Positions 1-13,236 are shown, counted from the first letter of the stretch. The stretch: 64,000 nucleotides of DNA from Mantamonas sphyraenae STR306 (GCA_026936335.1 JAPMXV010000055.1:248001-312000), one strand, 5' to 3'. Program-made: numbers and translations. Notes: generated from the letters alone by a model not told the origin.

Positions 1-3000
1 CGTTTCGCCACACTTGCCACATGCGCCACGCCAATCGACTACGCCACACGGCGTTGGCACGCGACTTGGTCTCTGCCTTGCCACGACGGTACCTGGCGTG
101 TGTGTGCCACGCACGCAGCACCACCGTTGCCACGTGGCCACTGTGGTGCAGTTGTGCCTGGTGCGCCTTGCGTTGATCCACCGTGTGCATGTGCCACGCC
201 CCAAACACGCGTCCACACAATCGAGTGGCATGCATCCGTGTGCCCAGCTGGCGGTTCTCCATGTGTTGTCGCCACCGCACCAGTGTCAACCTGCACCGAC
301 GCTCCACATACGACTCTTCCCACTGCACACTGCGTCGTGCCACCTCCTGTCGTCTTGCCATCCCTCGCGTCCACCCTCGCCACGCCCGTCCAATCACACG
401 CCGCCTCCGCTCCCGTTCCCTCTCCCTCTCCCACCGCTGCCCACGCATGCGTGCATACCACACGCGCACCACCCTCCGCTGCCTCTCACGCAACACACGC
501 ATTCCCTTGCGTCGCAGCCGTGAGTGCATCTCCACCCGTCCCGTGTACGCCCTTCTCCACGCACGCCACACACCTGCCGCCATCCGTTCCCGGGAAACCC
601 TTCCTGCCTGTGTTTCCATGGCTGTTTCGCGCTCCCTGTTCCTGTGTGCACCTACCCACCTCTGCCACGTCTGTGTCATGCGTCGATGACGCACCCACTC
701 TGTACGTGTCCTCTCCATCCTCCTGTCTGCCCACACCTCTCTCCATTGCCTCCACGTCGAGGCCATCCGCTGCTGTCGTTCCTGCGCCTCCACCTGTCGT
801 TCCGCCTGCGCCGCACGCACACTGGCATGCCACACCTGCACCATACCACGCAGTCGCACACGCATCCGCTTTGCATGCACACGTGTGGCCATGTCCTGTA
901 GCTGCCACATCCCGTGCCACTGCGTCACACAGGCATGCGCCACTCGCAGTGCGCGTCGCCTCTCCGCCGCCCGCAGCCGCCGTTGCAACGTGGCTCGCCA
1001 CCTGCACATGGCCCAACTCTTGCGCACAATCACACGCATGCGATGTCTTTCGGCTCGCTCCTTGTTGTGTCGGTGCGTTTGCTGCAACTCGGGCAACAGT
1101 CGCCACTGGGCAAGCATACTCCGTGCCACACTGCGATTCAACAGCACCATGGCCGCTTCCATGTCTGCACGTGTGTGCACACGCACTCGCCACTTGTAAT
1201 GCCACAATTCCACGGCCACCTTGGCCAGATGGGCGTTCATCAGCCCTTGCAACGATGCCACTGCCTCCTCGCGTGCCTCGTATGCAATGGACACACTTAC
1301 CCACGCACGCAAGTAGCGACGCCGTGTCACCCGGTCGCCCATCACCTCTGCCTTGCGACGTGTCTGTCTGCGACCACGCAACAGCAACCACATGCGATGC
1401 CAACGGTGCACGGCATGCACCAACATGCGTGTGCGCACGTGTGCATCCGCCTGTTCCTCCATGCGACGTGTGTCCCTGTGTGTGGTGACCCATGCACGCC
1501 AGTCGCCAAAGCAATCGGTGAGCAGACGCACATTGACACGCACGTTGAGCTTGCGGATCATCGCCAGTCGCATGATGGCCACCTTCCACGTCAGCCACGC
1601 CTGCATCAGCTCCACGTAGTGCACTGCACGTCCTGTCTCTCTATCCAGCGTGCCCAGTAGTTGGTGGTACGCGTGGTTCTGTCGAAACACCATCATCCCA
1701 AGTCGCATCTCGTGTTTCACCACCAGCGAACGCAACAACGCAAGCTTAAACTCACTCCCCTCCCACGCCATCTCCGCATCCCTGTCTGGCTTCCCACCAC
1801 CACCACCACCACCACCACCATTGCTCCTCCTCCTCCCTCCCTGTCCTCTTGTTGTTGTGTTCCTGTGCCTCGTGCAACACCCTGTTCTTGGATTGTCCCA
1901 GGGACCCACCCACCACAAAGCCAATCTGAGCCCGTTTGCTTGCCTGCTCCCTGTTGTGTTCCCATCCACTCTGGTTGGCCATTTGCTTGCTGCGTCGCTG
2001 TCGCTTGGCCACTTGCAATTGGTACGCCCTGCGATGGTGTTGCACATGGCCCTGCTGCTCCACCAACTCCTCCCGTGCCTCCTGTCGAAAGAACCGCACC
2101 GTGGCCATCATGGCCGCCTGACGATGCTTCACAAACACCCGAAACGCACTCATGTCCTTCCACGCCCATCCAGGCACACGACGCGACGCCACAACCCCGT
2201 ACGCACTCTCCATGTCCACCAACGGGGTCAATGGATACACCTGTGATGATGATGATGATGATGACGACGACGATGACATCCCTTGCATCCCTCTTCCTTC
2301 ACCTCCGTCTGGCATGTACAAGTCACGGTGTGAAGGACCCAAATCGTCGAGAAAGATCCCATCCCAGCTGAGTTCTGCATCCAACAACTCATCAGCCCCA
2401 ATGGGTCCATTGCCAGCTCGGATCTGATACACCAGGTTGCTGATGGGAGTCAAGGCACGTTGCGAATCCAGGGTGCGAAGCGACAGCGATGACACCGCAC
2501 TCCCCTGCGACGTCATCGACAGTCGTGAACTGCTGCGACTCGGTGTGCGACGAGGCGACCCTGCTTCTGCTCGATTCCGGTCGTATGGGGATCCACTCAT
2601 CCTACGTGTGCGCGACGGGGGACGACCTCCTCCCAATCTGCTCGGCGACCCTGAACGCACCATGCTGCTGCCACCACCACCCCCACCACCACTGCTGCTG
2701 CTTCCATGAAAAGAACGACCTGTCAGACGCATCATGTCTGTGGCACTCAGGCTCCGTGTCAGCAACGCCCCCGCCTTGGGCGACTTGGGTGACATCCTGA
2801 GCGACCCTTTGCCGACAACAACGGACACCTGCCCTGGCTGCCTGCCGCTGCTGCTGCTTGCCTCTCGCTCGCTTGCCTCGTGAGAGACCCTGTCTATGTA
2901 CGATTGCGGCGCCTGCCATGCTGTGTTATCCCGCAGAGCCACACGTCGTCCCACCTGGCCCAAAGCCGTTGTCGTGTCTCCCGCCTTCTTCTGCTCCTTA

Positions 3001-3527
3001 CTGCCGCTTTTCAACGGTGACCGCGCTGCACTCTCCTCATCCAACGCCGCCTGGCCGTGGTAGTGTTCATGCAGTGTGTTTGCAAATGTCAACCGTTGCT
3101 GTCTGCGCCTGATCCCCGGACTGCCTGGGCTTCCCGGCGCCTCCTCTCGTTGCATCGTCGTCGCCGTCGTCGTCGTCGTCGTCACCGTGCTTGCAGACAC
3201 CTCCAAATCACTCACAGCCGTCACGGGACTCCATGCCACCGCTTCCACGGGTTCCGCCTCGTCATCATGGGATGGGTTTGCCCCTGTGTGCTTGGTCTGG
3301 AGGTGTTGCTGCTGTTGATGTCGTCGTCGTTCTTCCACCGCTTTCAGTCGTCGTTCCAACGCCTCTGTCTCCTCATCCACCATGCTTGTCCTCTGTGCAA
3401 TTCGTGGCACAGGAGATGGCATCACATACGCTTCCATCCCATTTCCTCCCCCCTTCTGCGACGACGGCCACAACGCAGAGTGCAGCTCGCTGTCCTCCTC
3501 CATCTCGCTTGGCTGCGGCTCCGCCAT
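1..3527 (-). CDS. SFI1: Sfi1-like centrin-binding repeat protein (3' end runs off the window; frame break near 1822)
   Basis: Manual translation of a minus frame missing from the ORF track (about 1830 to 1) gives ...LLTDCFGDW-RAWVTTHRDTRRMEEQADAHVRTRMLVHAVHRW-...RRRYLRAW-...KVAVELW-...RSMLAQW. Trp recurs exactly every 33 aa and fits the Sfi1 consensus A-x7-LL-x3-F/L-x2-W. The low-complexity N-terminal part is ORF 1752..3746; the start at MAEPQ (3527) is inferred. Confidence 0.75.
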
Positions 3528-3586
3528 CCGATCCAAGCACATCCACCCACCCATCACACGCACACATACACACACACACACGGCAC

Positions 3587-6438
3587 ATGTCATCCCCTGA
3601 GGAATCATCACGCTTGACTCTGCCGTCCTCTCCCTCTCTGCCTCCTCTTTCGAGGTCGGTTCCGAGCTGCGCTCTTCGCAGAGCATCGACTCGGACTCTG
3701 CCGAGGCCCGCCTGCTCGCAAACGCTCCATCCATTGTCGATGACAAGCGCCGCTACGTCAAAACAGACGAGGTCATCAACGTGGGTCACCGGCGCACCGT
3801 CTACCGAGCCTACGACGACGAGGAGGGCCGCGACGTCGCTTGGATCGAGTACTCAGATGTGCCTGACTCGGTCGCCGTCGCCGTCGAGGAGAACTTTGGC
3901 AGACTCTACCAGCTCGAGAGTCCCTACATTGTCAAGTGAGTGGCCCATGTCAACGTTCCCTTGCGCCTGCAACAATGCACATGGTTGCGACGCGTGTGGT
4001 GTCCTCACCCGCGTGTGTGCTTCCCTGTTTGCCCGAAACGGGCATTTCGGGCCAACCCCTTCTTCTGACACCCCGTCCCGTCTCGCTGCCATGGCACGCT
4101 TACACACATGTGCACGCGTGTTGCCATCCGCCCATCTCGCCCTCTCCATGCACAGGTACCTCTCCGCGTGGGTCGACACAGAGGGAGACGTAAACTCGGC
4201 CGTGTTCATCACCGAGCTGCCGCCCTCTCACATGACTCTGAAACAGTACGTCCTCCTACCGCCCCATCCACACATGCACGCTCACTGCTCACTCGCATGC
4301 CCCACCCTGTCCACGTGCCCTTCCTCTTTCTGTGGCCCATGTGACTGTCTGTTGCCTCATGCCTCGTCCACAGGTACAGCAGCAACGTCATGCGCTTCCC
4401 CATCAAGATCATCAAGCGCTGGTGCAGGCAAATTGCAAGTGGATTGCATTTTCTCGTACGTTTCCTCCCACGCCTCCTTTGACTTGACCCACCTCCATTC
4501 CACCTTTATTGCCGCACAGCCCAGTGCACCCGTTTTGCTCGTGCCGTGCCCACTCTGGTGGCAGACCCTCTTCTCACCCATCATCCACCCGCGCCGCCCC
4601 GCCCCTCGTACCACCATCACACACAGGCCTCGCACAACTTCTACCACCGGGACCTTAAGTGCTCCAACATCTACATTGACAGCAACACAGGCAAGGTGAT
4701 CATTGCCACGCTCGAGCTGACGTTGTTTATCGACACGACGCATCCTGCCAATTTCGACGGGACGCCGGGCTTCCTGGACCCGGAGATTGGACCCAACTCG
4801 GACAGGGACAAGGAGGTGGTGTATTCGTTTGGCTGCTGTGTGCTGGAAATGATCACAAGCAAGTATCCGTTCGGGGCGTACACGTCGGCCATGGAGATCT
4901 TCCGTGCGGCCATGGACTACACCATTCCGCCTGAGCTGGAAGAGGTGGAGGACGAAGAAGCGGCCGATTTCATTCGCATGTGCCTTCGGCCGCAAAAGGA
5001 ACGACCGAGCATGAACCGAGCGTTGCAGCATCCGTTCCTGGGCGACGAAAACACGGGCGACGGGGTGAACAACCGAGGGGCATCCATGCACGGCCGACAG
5101 ATTGTGTTGCAGCTGAAACGCTCGCCTTCGCAGGACTCAACGAGCAGTGGACGTAGCTCACGCACCATGGGGGGCTTTGATGGCGAGGACAGCGACGAAG
5201 ACCTGGCCGAATACCAATCCAAACGCGCACGACAGGTGGTGCTGGTCGACCCATCCATGGTGGGCATGGACATGAACGGTGACTTTGGCCTGGAGATTGC
5301 CGCCTCGCCGGAAGAGGCAAACACAACTCGCAAAGTGGTGGATTTGCTGACCGGTGCCGCGTCGGGTGACGCCTCACGCGATGGAGGAGGCGCCACCGTG
5401 ACCACCATCCCACACGACGAACTCACAAAGGTGGAATTGTATCATACCGAGGACGGCCACTTGGCCATCAGCACAGTGCCGCATGGCACCAGCAACCCCA
5501 CGATGGGAGGCGACCAGGGCTCGTGCGACGAAACGGCAGTTGACTCGCAGGGTGCTCTGGCCATGGCCCAAGGGGCTTCACAAAATCGCAAGCGACGCGT
5601 AGGCAGCGCCATGTCGGCCACCTCATCTGTGGGCAGCGTGACATCCACAGGATCGGAAGTGTATACGCCGTTTGAAGGGGCCCCCGCATCGCCGCGACGC
5701 GGAGGCAGCCGAGGCAGCCACCACCGTCACCATCACCACCATCATCACCACGGCGACGGCACTCTAAAGGCCTTTGTGAACTACGGGCCGTCGCCCATGG
5801 CGAACAAGCCGTACGATGGGTGTGTGCGCATGGATATGACTGGTGTGCAGGAGGTGGACGAACTCAAGCGCATGATTTCCATAGACTTTGATTTGGACAC
5901 CATGGATCGACTGGACCTGTTCTACACCGATCGTGACGGCGACCTGGTCATGGTATTGCCACGCACCACCATGCGTGAGATTCGCACACACGCAGTCAGT
6001 GTGACTGCACACGTGCGTGCACAACGCTCTGCCATGGGCAACACCAACCGCAGTGCACTCACCGCCGTGGGCATCCACAGCGTGTCTTCCATCGGCGAAC
6101 ACTCGCACGCCTCCGAGTCAAGTGGCGACGAAGGAATGGGTGGCAATAGCGGATCACTGGGCATCGAGTCGTTGCTGCCAGGGGTCGACTCCCCGGCACA
6201 GAGTAACCCTAGTTCGGGTGGATCGGACCATGAGGATGACGATGACGACAACAACGACGACGACGATGACAACGACGATGAAGACGTGAGCAACGGCGAC
6301 GACGGTGAGCAGGCACCCACACACAACACAGCAGATGACGAGCCGCACGAGGCAACTTTGGGCATGGAAGGAGCTGCTGCTGCTGCTGGTGCTGCCACAG
6401 GGACAGAGGGAGCAGACGCGGATGCTGCAGAAAGGTGA
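3587..6438 (+). CDS. WNK-family kinase-like protein, probable pseudokinase, with C-terminal PB1 domain (4 exons)
   Basis: Spliced model with introns 3936-4155, 4246-4373 and 4456-4626 (GT-AG, phases consistent) and a 1-nt frame break near 3612. Motifs: TVYRAYDDEEGRDVAW, VFITEL, IIKRWCRQIASGLHFL, HRDLKCSNIYIDSNTG, GTPGFLDPE, VYSFGCCVLEMITSKYPF. PB1 acidic motif FYTDRDGDLV near 5920. Confidence 0.8.
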
Positions 6439-6598
6439 TTGCATCTCAACGTGCAACTGCGACACCAACAACAACCACAACAACAAATCAACACACAGGC
6501 ACACAGGCACACATCAGACACACATCACACTGGTCACAATGAAGAGCACCGTCGTCCTCCCTCCCCGAACCAACAGATCCCACCGCATTGCAACATCG

Positions 6599-9574
6599 AT
6601 GCAACCACGTAGCACAACCGAACGACGTGGTGGTGGTGCTGGCCGAGCAAACGCAAACCGCAGTGACGATGAGGCCAAAGGCAAGGAGGACCGACGTGTG
6701 GACTGGAGCAAGGTGGCTGGCAACAAGCCGCCCCTTGCTCACTCGCTGAAAACCATCCTCTTTGCCTCCTTCCTGGTGTTGGTCATCATCGGCATCTCCC
6801 ACTACATCCATTATAGTGTACCCCTGCCTCTGGGAAACGATGCTCCTGCAGAGGTGTTTAGTGAAGCCCGTGCACGCGAGCACATTCGTTACCTTTCAGA
6901 CGTGATTGGCAAGCGTACGTCGCCTCCTTTTCTTCGCCCATGCACACACACCCGACACGCCCCATGCGACACACTCTTTCGTGTGCATCCACACGTACAT
7001 GGCCATGCACCCAACACGTACACATGGAGAGTCTCTCCACACACGCCAAGCGCAAGGGCGATGTCGTTTCGAGCATGCGTGTGTCAAACCCACTCACCCA
7101 GCACCTCCTCCCCCTCCCCCCCTGCCTTTCCTCAAACCCACCCACCCCCTCCCCAACCTCCCCCACGTACACACAGGTGCGGTGGGAACAAAGCACAACG
7201 AAGTGCTGACGGTCAAGTTCCTGCAGGGGTACCTGAAGCAGGTGCAGAAGGAGCTTGCCTCGCTGCCGGAAGAGACGCGTCCGCAGATGGAAGTGAGCGT
7301 GCAAAAGGCCAGTGGAGCGCATGTGTTTGAGTTTATGTTTGTGGTGATTACCAACCGATACGACCGACTGCGCAACGTGGTGGTGCGTCTGTCGCCGCCC
7401 AAGAAGCAGAACGAGGAGGGTCAGCAGCAGAAGAACACACACTGTTGGTCAATGCCCACTTTGACAGTGCTCTGGATGCCCCCGGCGCTGCAGATGATGG
7501 TCAAGGGGTGGCTGTCATGATGGAAGCCATTCGCAACCTTGTGTACAGCAAGGAGCCACTGCAACATTCCGTGGTGTTTCTCTTCAACGGCGGCGAAGAG
7601 TCACTGCAACAGGCCTCCCACGGGTTCATCACCACCCATCCGTGGGCACGCAACGTACGCACCGTCATCAACATGGACGGCTGTGGATCCGGCGGACGCG
7701 AGGTGCTCTTCCAAGCCGAGTTGGAAGCCATGACCCGACAGTATGCCAGTCAGGTGCCCCGTCCACATGGCTCCTCGGTGGGCTCCGACATTTTCAAGAC
7801 CGGTCTCATCCTGGCCGACTCCGACTACCGCATCTTCCGCGACCACGGACGCGTTCGTGGCGTGGATCTCGCCTTGTACATGCACGGCTACGTGTACCAC
7901 ACCATGCTGGACACGGAAAGCCACATCGAACCGGGTGCCATCCAGCATCATGGCGACAACGCACTCGCCCTCATTCGCTCCGTCGTCCTTTCCCGTGACT
8001 TTCTGCCCACCCTCGACGCTCAACCCGACCGTCCCCTGGTGTTTTGGGATGTGTTGGGACGTGCCATGATGGTGTACCCGCAGACATGGGCCGAGTGGAT
8101 GCACAGGGCTCTTGTCGTCCTCGTCCTCGTCTTCTTGGCCCTTCAGGCCTCCAAGCAGGGAAGTGCCTGGTCCACCGTCATTAGCATTGGTGCTGCCACC
8201 TCCTCCTTCTTTTCCATGCTCCTCAGTGTCTTTGCCGCCCTTGTGTGCTCCGTGGCGGTGGCACTCATCAATCACCACGTGTTGGGCAACCCCATGAGCT
8301 GGTATGCCCATCCCACCTTTGCCGTGGTGCTCTTTGCCCTGCCTGCTCTCCTTGGCGTGCTTGCCGTCCAACACTACGTGCCCCTGGCACCCGTGGATCG
8401 GATGGTCCGCAAACAGGCCGAGATGCGTGCCTTTATGGGTGTCCTCCTCCTCCAGAGCCTGGTCCTCATCATGATGAGTGAGTCTGCCCTCGGTTCCGCC
8501 TACATGGTCATGTTGCCACTGGCCTCCTCCCTCGTGGCCCTCCTGGTCAACGAATGGCTTGTCGGTGCCTCCTCCAAGTTGGAAACCACCCATATCCATC
8601 CACTCACCTATGTCATTGCCCTGGGTCCCCTGGTCATCAACTACGACGTCTTTCTCAGCACCCTCGATGTGCTCATCCCCACCATGGGCCGTGTGGGTGC
8701 CTTTACCCCGTCCGATCTGGCCATGGGTGCCTTTGTGGCCATCTTCCTCACCGTGCCCTTCCTTGCCCTTGTGGCCCTGGTCCACCGTGCTGGAAACATC
8801 CGTGTCCTCATGCTGGCTGTGCTGGCCGGCGTCCTCCTCTCCCTTGCCGTCTCCTCCGTCAGTTTCGGCTACACCGACATGCGTCCCAAGCGTCTGTTTG
8901 TGACCCACGTGCACCGTCGCACGCTGCCCAATCTCTCCTTGCCCCACGGCAAGAAGAGTGTGTTTGTGAGCGAGAACCCGCTGGTGCGTGGGGACCAAAC
9001 GGACATGGAGTCGTTTGTGCTCATCAGCAGCAGTGATCCCACCTCCACACGGGCACCCCTGGAACCCTGGCTGGCACAGAATCCGCAGGTGCAATTGATG
9101 GACCATCACTATCCGCCCGATTGGGATGTGTTGTACCCGTTCAACTTCTTCCTCAGTGGCTACCAGGTGCGTGCCCCACCCCTGGATCCCAAGGACTTTC
9201 CCACCCCGTCCATCCAGGTGGCGCGTGACGAGTACAACAGTCGCATCGACCAGCGTGAACTCACCCTCAAGTTTGACTACGAGGGCTTTGAGTGGACCAC
9301 CCTCCGCTTCAACGCAACCCTCCTCTCCTGGAGTGCCACCGAATCGTTGCCCCCCACCCCGGCTGGCCATTACATGATTCGACATGTGGCTGCACATGGC
9401 TCTCGTCATTGGAACATCGATCTCCAGTTCAAGGGCAAGGAGGCTGTGCGCTTCGACTTTACCGCCGTCCATCTCGTCAAGAGCCCCTTTGTGCAGACCC
9501 TGCACGATGCCCTCCCCTCCTGGGTCTCTGCCTTGGATTCTCTCTCCACTGTGGCCATTGAGTTTGAAGCATGA
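6599..9574 (+). CDS. ERMP1: ER metallopeptidase 1-like M28 peptidase, multi-pass membrane protein
   Basis: FSEARAREHI, VNAHFDS, GAADDGQGVAVMME, FLFNGGEE, INMDGCG, YHTMLD, followed by multiple TM helices. Intron 6915-7176; frame break near 7441. Start at 6599 or 6539. Confidence 0.88.
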
Positions 9575-9633
9575 TGGCAGAATACAATACAGCATTCATA
9601 CCCACTATCTCCCTCTCTCCCCCTCTCCCTCTC

Positions 9634-9990
9634 TCACTCATGCCAGTGGCAACGAGGCAAATTGGCCTTGGTGCGATGGTGTCGGATGACGGAACGCAAG
9701 GACGAGGTGATGATGCGCCGTGTGTGGTGAAACAAGAGGTCGTCGGACAGGCGGATGTCCATGAAATCCGTGTAGTGTGCCTCCTTGACCCCAAACCGAA
9801 GCTGTGTCAACTCCAGGTAGTGGTCCGAATCCAACGAGTCTGAGCTCGGTCGTTGCAGTGGCACCACGTGCAACAGGCGACCTGGCACTGCAAACACGAC
9901 GTCGTCAAACTCGTCGTCCAGCGAATCGTGCAGTGCAGGGTGCACCGTGGCCTTGTCACGTGATGATGGTGACCCACTCTTGCCACTACT

Positions 9991-10023
<33 letters not shown>

Positions 10024-11280
10024 CGAGTTTGAACCTGTGCCGCTGCTTTTCCCGCCAAAGGTGGAAAACCACGAGTCAGGATTGGAGGAAAAGTGACCTG
10101 TGGCACGCGGGTGGTGGTTGTCGGTGTGCTTGTCATCGTCATCGTCGCGAGACCAGGGCATCCATGTCTTGATGCGATCAAGCGTGGTCTTGACGTGTTG
10201 ACGAGTCTGATCCACGTGCGACTGCACATCCTCCACCTTGCGCTGCAAATCCAGCCCGAATTGGTACACTTTGAACTTTTGGGCCACGTCGACCAGCTCC
10301 TCCTCAAAGTCGTACGCTTCCAGCTGTTTGCGCAGCCGATACGCATTGTACGTGGACAGCCGCGGCACGATGTCGTCGCCCGTGATGACCGACGTGCACA
10401 CGTCCTGTGCTGCCTCTGCCAGTGGGATGCTCAGGCAGCTGGGCGTGCCAAACGTGTACGCCTGCACATCAGGAAAATCGTCGCGCAGCAACAACGCCGC
10501 AATGGCTGCCGTGGAACCGCCCAACGAATGGCCACACAAGCGCAACGTATGATCCGGGTGCTTGTCACGCAGACGCAGCAAACGGTCGCGTTCGAGCTGG
10601 ACAAGACTCTGGGCGGCGGCAAGCATGCCCGAGTGGGCAAAGCCCGTTTGGAAGGCGGCGGCTTCCAGGTTGACGTCGTGCAACAGGTCTTGGATGTCCT
10701 TTGTGCCACGGATGGACACGACAATGTTCTGTTCGACGTCATCCTTGAAGATGGCGTAGGCCGGACGGAGGGCGTTGCTGTGCCACCGGGTTTGCACGAG
10801 ATCGGACACGTCGAGGAAGGTGCTCTTGACCACGTTGGACACGGAGCGTTGGTATGCCACATTGCTACAGTTCCAAAAGTACACGAGGTCAAACAGGCTG
10901 TGGGCACCCTCCTGCTGCTGCTGCTGCTGCTGTGGGTGCAGCTGTTCCGTGGTCAAACACTCCTCCAGCCGGTGGGGCCTCTGCTGACGCTGCTTCTCCC
11001 GGTGCAACATCAGCCGTGCCGAGATTTCCATTCGATCCAACGCACTCCGTTGATGGGAGAACCCGAACCGGCTGCCCAGGTGGTCCAGTTCAAGGGAAAG
11101 CAGGGAGAACACGTCCATCAACGCAGCCGGGTTGAACCCTCCCCCTTCCCCGTCTCCGTCCCCACGCTGCAATCGGTCCCGAGCTCGCTTGCGCAGCGAC
11201 TGGCGCAGTTTGCGACGTTCCCCCTTTTCCCCTGCCTTGCTTGCTGATTGGGCAGCTACCACACGACAGCGAGCAAACAT
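9634..11280 (-). CDS. Class 3 lipase (DAG-lipase-like catalytic domain), copy 1
   Basis: IVVSIRGT, AHSGMLAAA, GHSLGG nucleophile, YTFGTP, DDIVPRLS. Start uncertain (MFARC at 11280 or MDCEE at 11355). Confidence 0.85.
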
Positions 11281-11540
11281 TGGTTGGGTGGTTGCTTGGG
11301 ATGGCGCAGGGTGGACAGTGTGGGACTGAGTCATCAACCCTTCTTCACAGTCCATTGCTGGTTGGGCAAACGTGGATCCATTCTCATTGTTGGAACACGC
11401 ACAACACACGCGCGCAACGCAGTGGTGTTTGTGGTGTGCTCGCGTGTGCACCAGCGTTTCCGAGTTTTCCGACAAGGAATCAAACTCCTGATGCATGCAT
11501 GCATCGAATTCCATTCGCACAACACACACTTCCAATCCTC

Positions 11541-13172
11541 CTACGCCTCTGGAAGAGTGGACCACTCGTATGGCATTCGGTTGTCCCTCACCAGGGCGCG
11601 AATCGACGGGGTGATCAAACTAGTGTGCCAACCGATGACATCGTCGGTGAGCAGCAGTTCCATAAAGTCGGTGTAGTGTGCACGTCGCACACCAAACCCG
11701 TGCTCAACCACCTCTTGGTAATGACGCTGGTCGTCGTCCTCAGAGTGCACCTCAAAGGGACTGGTTGGCACAATGTGCCAGATGGTGCCTGGAATCACAA
11801 AGGCTACGTCGTCAAACTGCCTGTCCTGCGTTTCCACCAACACCGAACTGTCTCCGTCCTCCTGTGCATCCAGACGGGCCATGACCTCGGCTGCCTCCAC
11901 CTCTGCCTCGTGCACGACATCCACATTGGCACTCACACGAGGGAAGGGCACCTTGGAAGCCAATCGGCCCATGTATCGCCAAAGACTGGAAGCCCCACGC
12001 GTCACGCGGGCATTCAACTCCTCAAAGTGGCTGCGAAGGAAGCGATAGTTACGCTGCAATTCCAGCCCCAACTGCACCACACGGTACTTTTCCACCGCAT
12101 CCAACACTTCCTCCTCAAAGTTGTACGCGTCCAATTGTTTGCGCAGCCTGTACATGGTGTACGCAGAGAGCCTGGGCACAATGTCGTCGCCGACAATCAC
12201 CGTCGTGCAAAACTCGCTCGATGCCTCGGCCAGGTGCATGCTCATGCACGAAGGCGCCGCAAATGTATACACAGACACATCGGGAAAGGTGGGGCGCAGA
12301 AGAAACCCCAGGATGGCAGCAGTGGCGCCTCCCAACGAGTGTCCCGTCACCTTGATGGCGTAGTCCGGGTACTGCCGTTGCAATTGCTTGAGACGCTCCA
12401 ATTCCACGTCGGCAATGCCCATGGCAGCCTTGAGCATGCCCGAGTGGGCAAAGCCGTTGAGAAAGGGCAACGGTTTGACGCGGATGTCGTGCAGGAGATC
12501 CATGACCCCGTCCGTACCACGCACACTCAGCACAATCTCTTTGTCAACATCATCCTTGAATAAAACGTAAGCAGGGTGGTTTGTGGTGCTCTTCCACGAC
12601 GCATGGATGATGTCGTTGCGTCGCAAAAGGGTGGTTTTCAACACGCTCTCCACGTCGCCGTTGTATGGCACGTTGCTGTGCGACCAGTGGTGCACCAAGT
12701 CGTGCAGGAATCCCTCTTGGTTCAATGTGGCCCTATCCACACATTCCTGATGCAATGTCGAACTGCGTGACCGTTCCCTGTGCAGTTGCCGCGTGTAGGC
12801 CAGCTTGGCCGGCAACTCCAGCAACTTGTCCCGGGGAAACCCAAACCGTTTGCCAAACTCGTCCAGCTCCAACAGCAACAAGGACACCACGTTGGCATCC
12901 TTTACCACCTCAAACTTCCGCTCCCAGTCGGGTTCATCCACACTGTGGGGCACCACCAGACGGGAGATGGCATCCGGCAATCGTTTGCCCAGGCTGTTCA
13001 GCAGGGCGTCGCTTGCCCCACCACCACCACCACCACCACCAGCAGCACTGCCTCCTTCACCACCATTGCTGCTGTTGTTCTTCCTCCTATCCATCTGTGC
13101 CACATCCCTCTTGCTGCTGCTTGTCCCTGTCATCTTCCGCGCACTCAACAACACCGTCGACCTCCGAAACAT
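11541..13172 (-). CDS. Class 3 lipase (DAG-lipase-like catalytic domain), copy 2
   Basis: IVLSVRGT, AHSGMLKAA, GHSLGG, YTFAAP, DDIVPRLS; collinear with copy 1. Start MFRRS at 13172 is inferred. Confidence 0.85.
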   Translation of the reverse strand: MFRRSTVLLSARKMTGTSSSKRDVAQMDRRKNNSSNGGEGGSAAGGGGGGGGASDALLNSLGKRLPDAISRLVVPHSVDEPDWERKFEVVKDANVVSLLLLELDEFGKRFGFPRDKLLELPAKLAYTRQLHRERSRSSTLHQECVDRATLNQEGFLHDLVHHWSHSNVPYNGDVESVLKTTLLRRNDIIHASWKSTTNHPAYVLFKDDVDKEIVLSVRGTDGVMDLLHDIRVKPLPFLNGFAHSGMLKAAMGIADVELERLKQLQRQYPDYAIKVTGHSLGGATAAILGFLLRPTFPDVSVYTFAAPSCMSMHLAEASSEFCTTVIVGDDIVPRLSAYTMYRLRKQLDAYNFEEEVLDAVEKYRVVQLGLELQRNYRFLRSHFEELNARVTRGASSLWRYMGRLASKVPFPRVSANVDVVHEAEVEAAEVMARLDAQEDGDSSVLVETQDRQFDDVAFVIPGTIWHIVPTSPFEVHSEDDDQRHYQEVVEHGFGVRRAHYTDFMELLLTDDVIGWHTSLITPSIRALVRDNRMPYEWSTLPEA

Positions 13173-13236
13173 CGTTCCATTGTTTGCAATGTCGCACGGC
13201 TCACCCCATCCATCATTATCATCGTCATCATCATCA

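Noticed and set aside
1752-1830. Poly-Trp run (WWWWWWWWW) ending ORF 1752..3746
   Set aside because: It is an out-of-frame reading of a (GGT)n poly-Gly tract after a frame break; the adjacent frame continues as the Sfi1-like protein.
7601-9595. Long antisense ORFs (also 53526..56054, 49072..50877, 39744..41492, 100..1488)
   Set aside because: They are shadows of real genes caused by high GC3 and codon bias, with no recognisable motifs.
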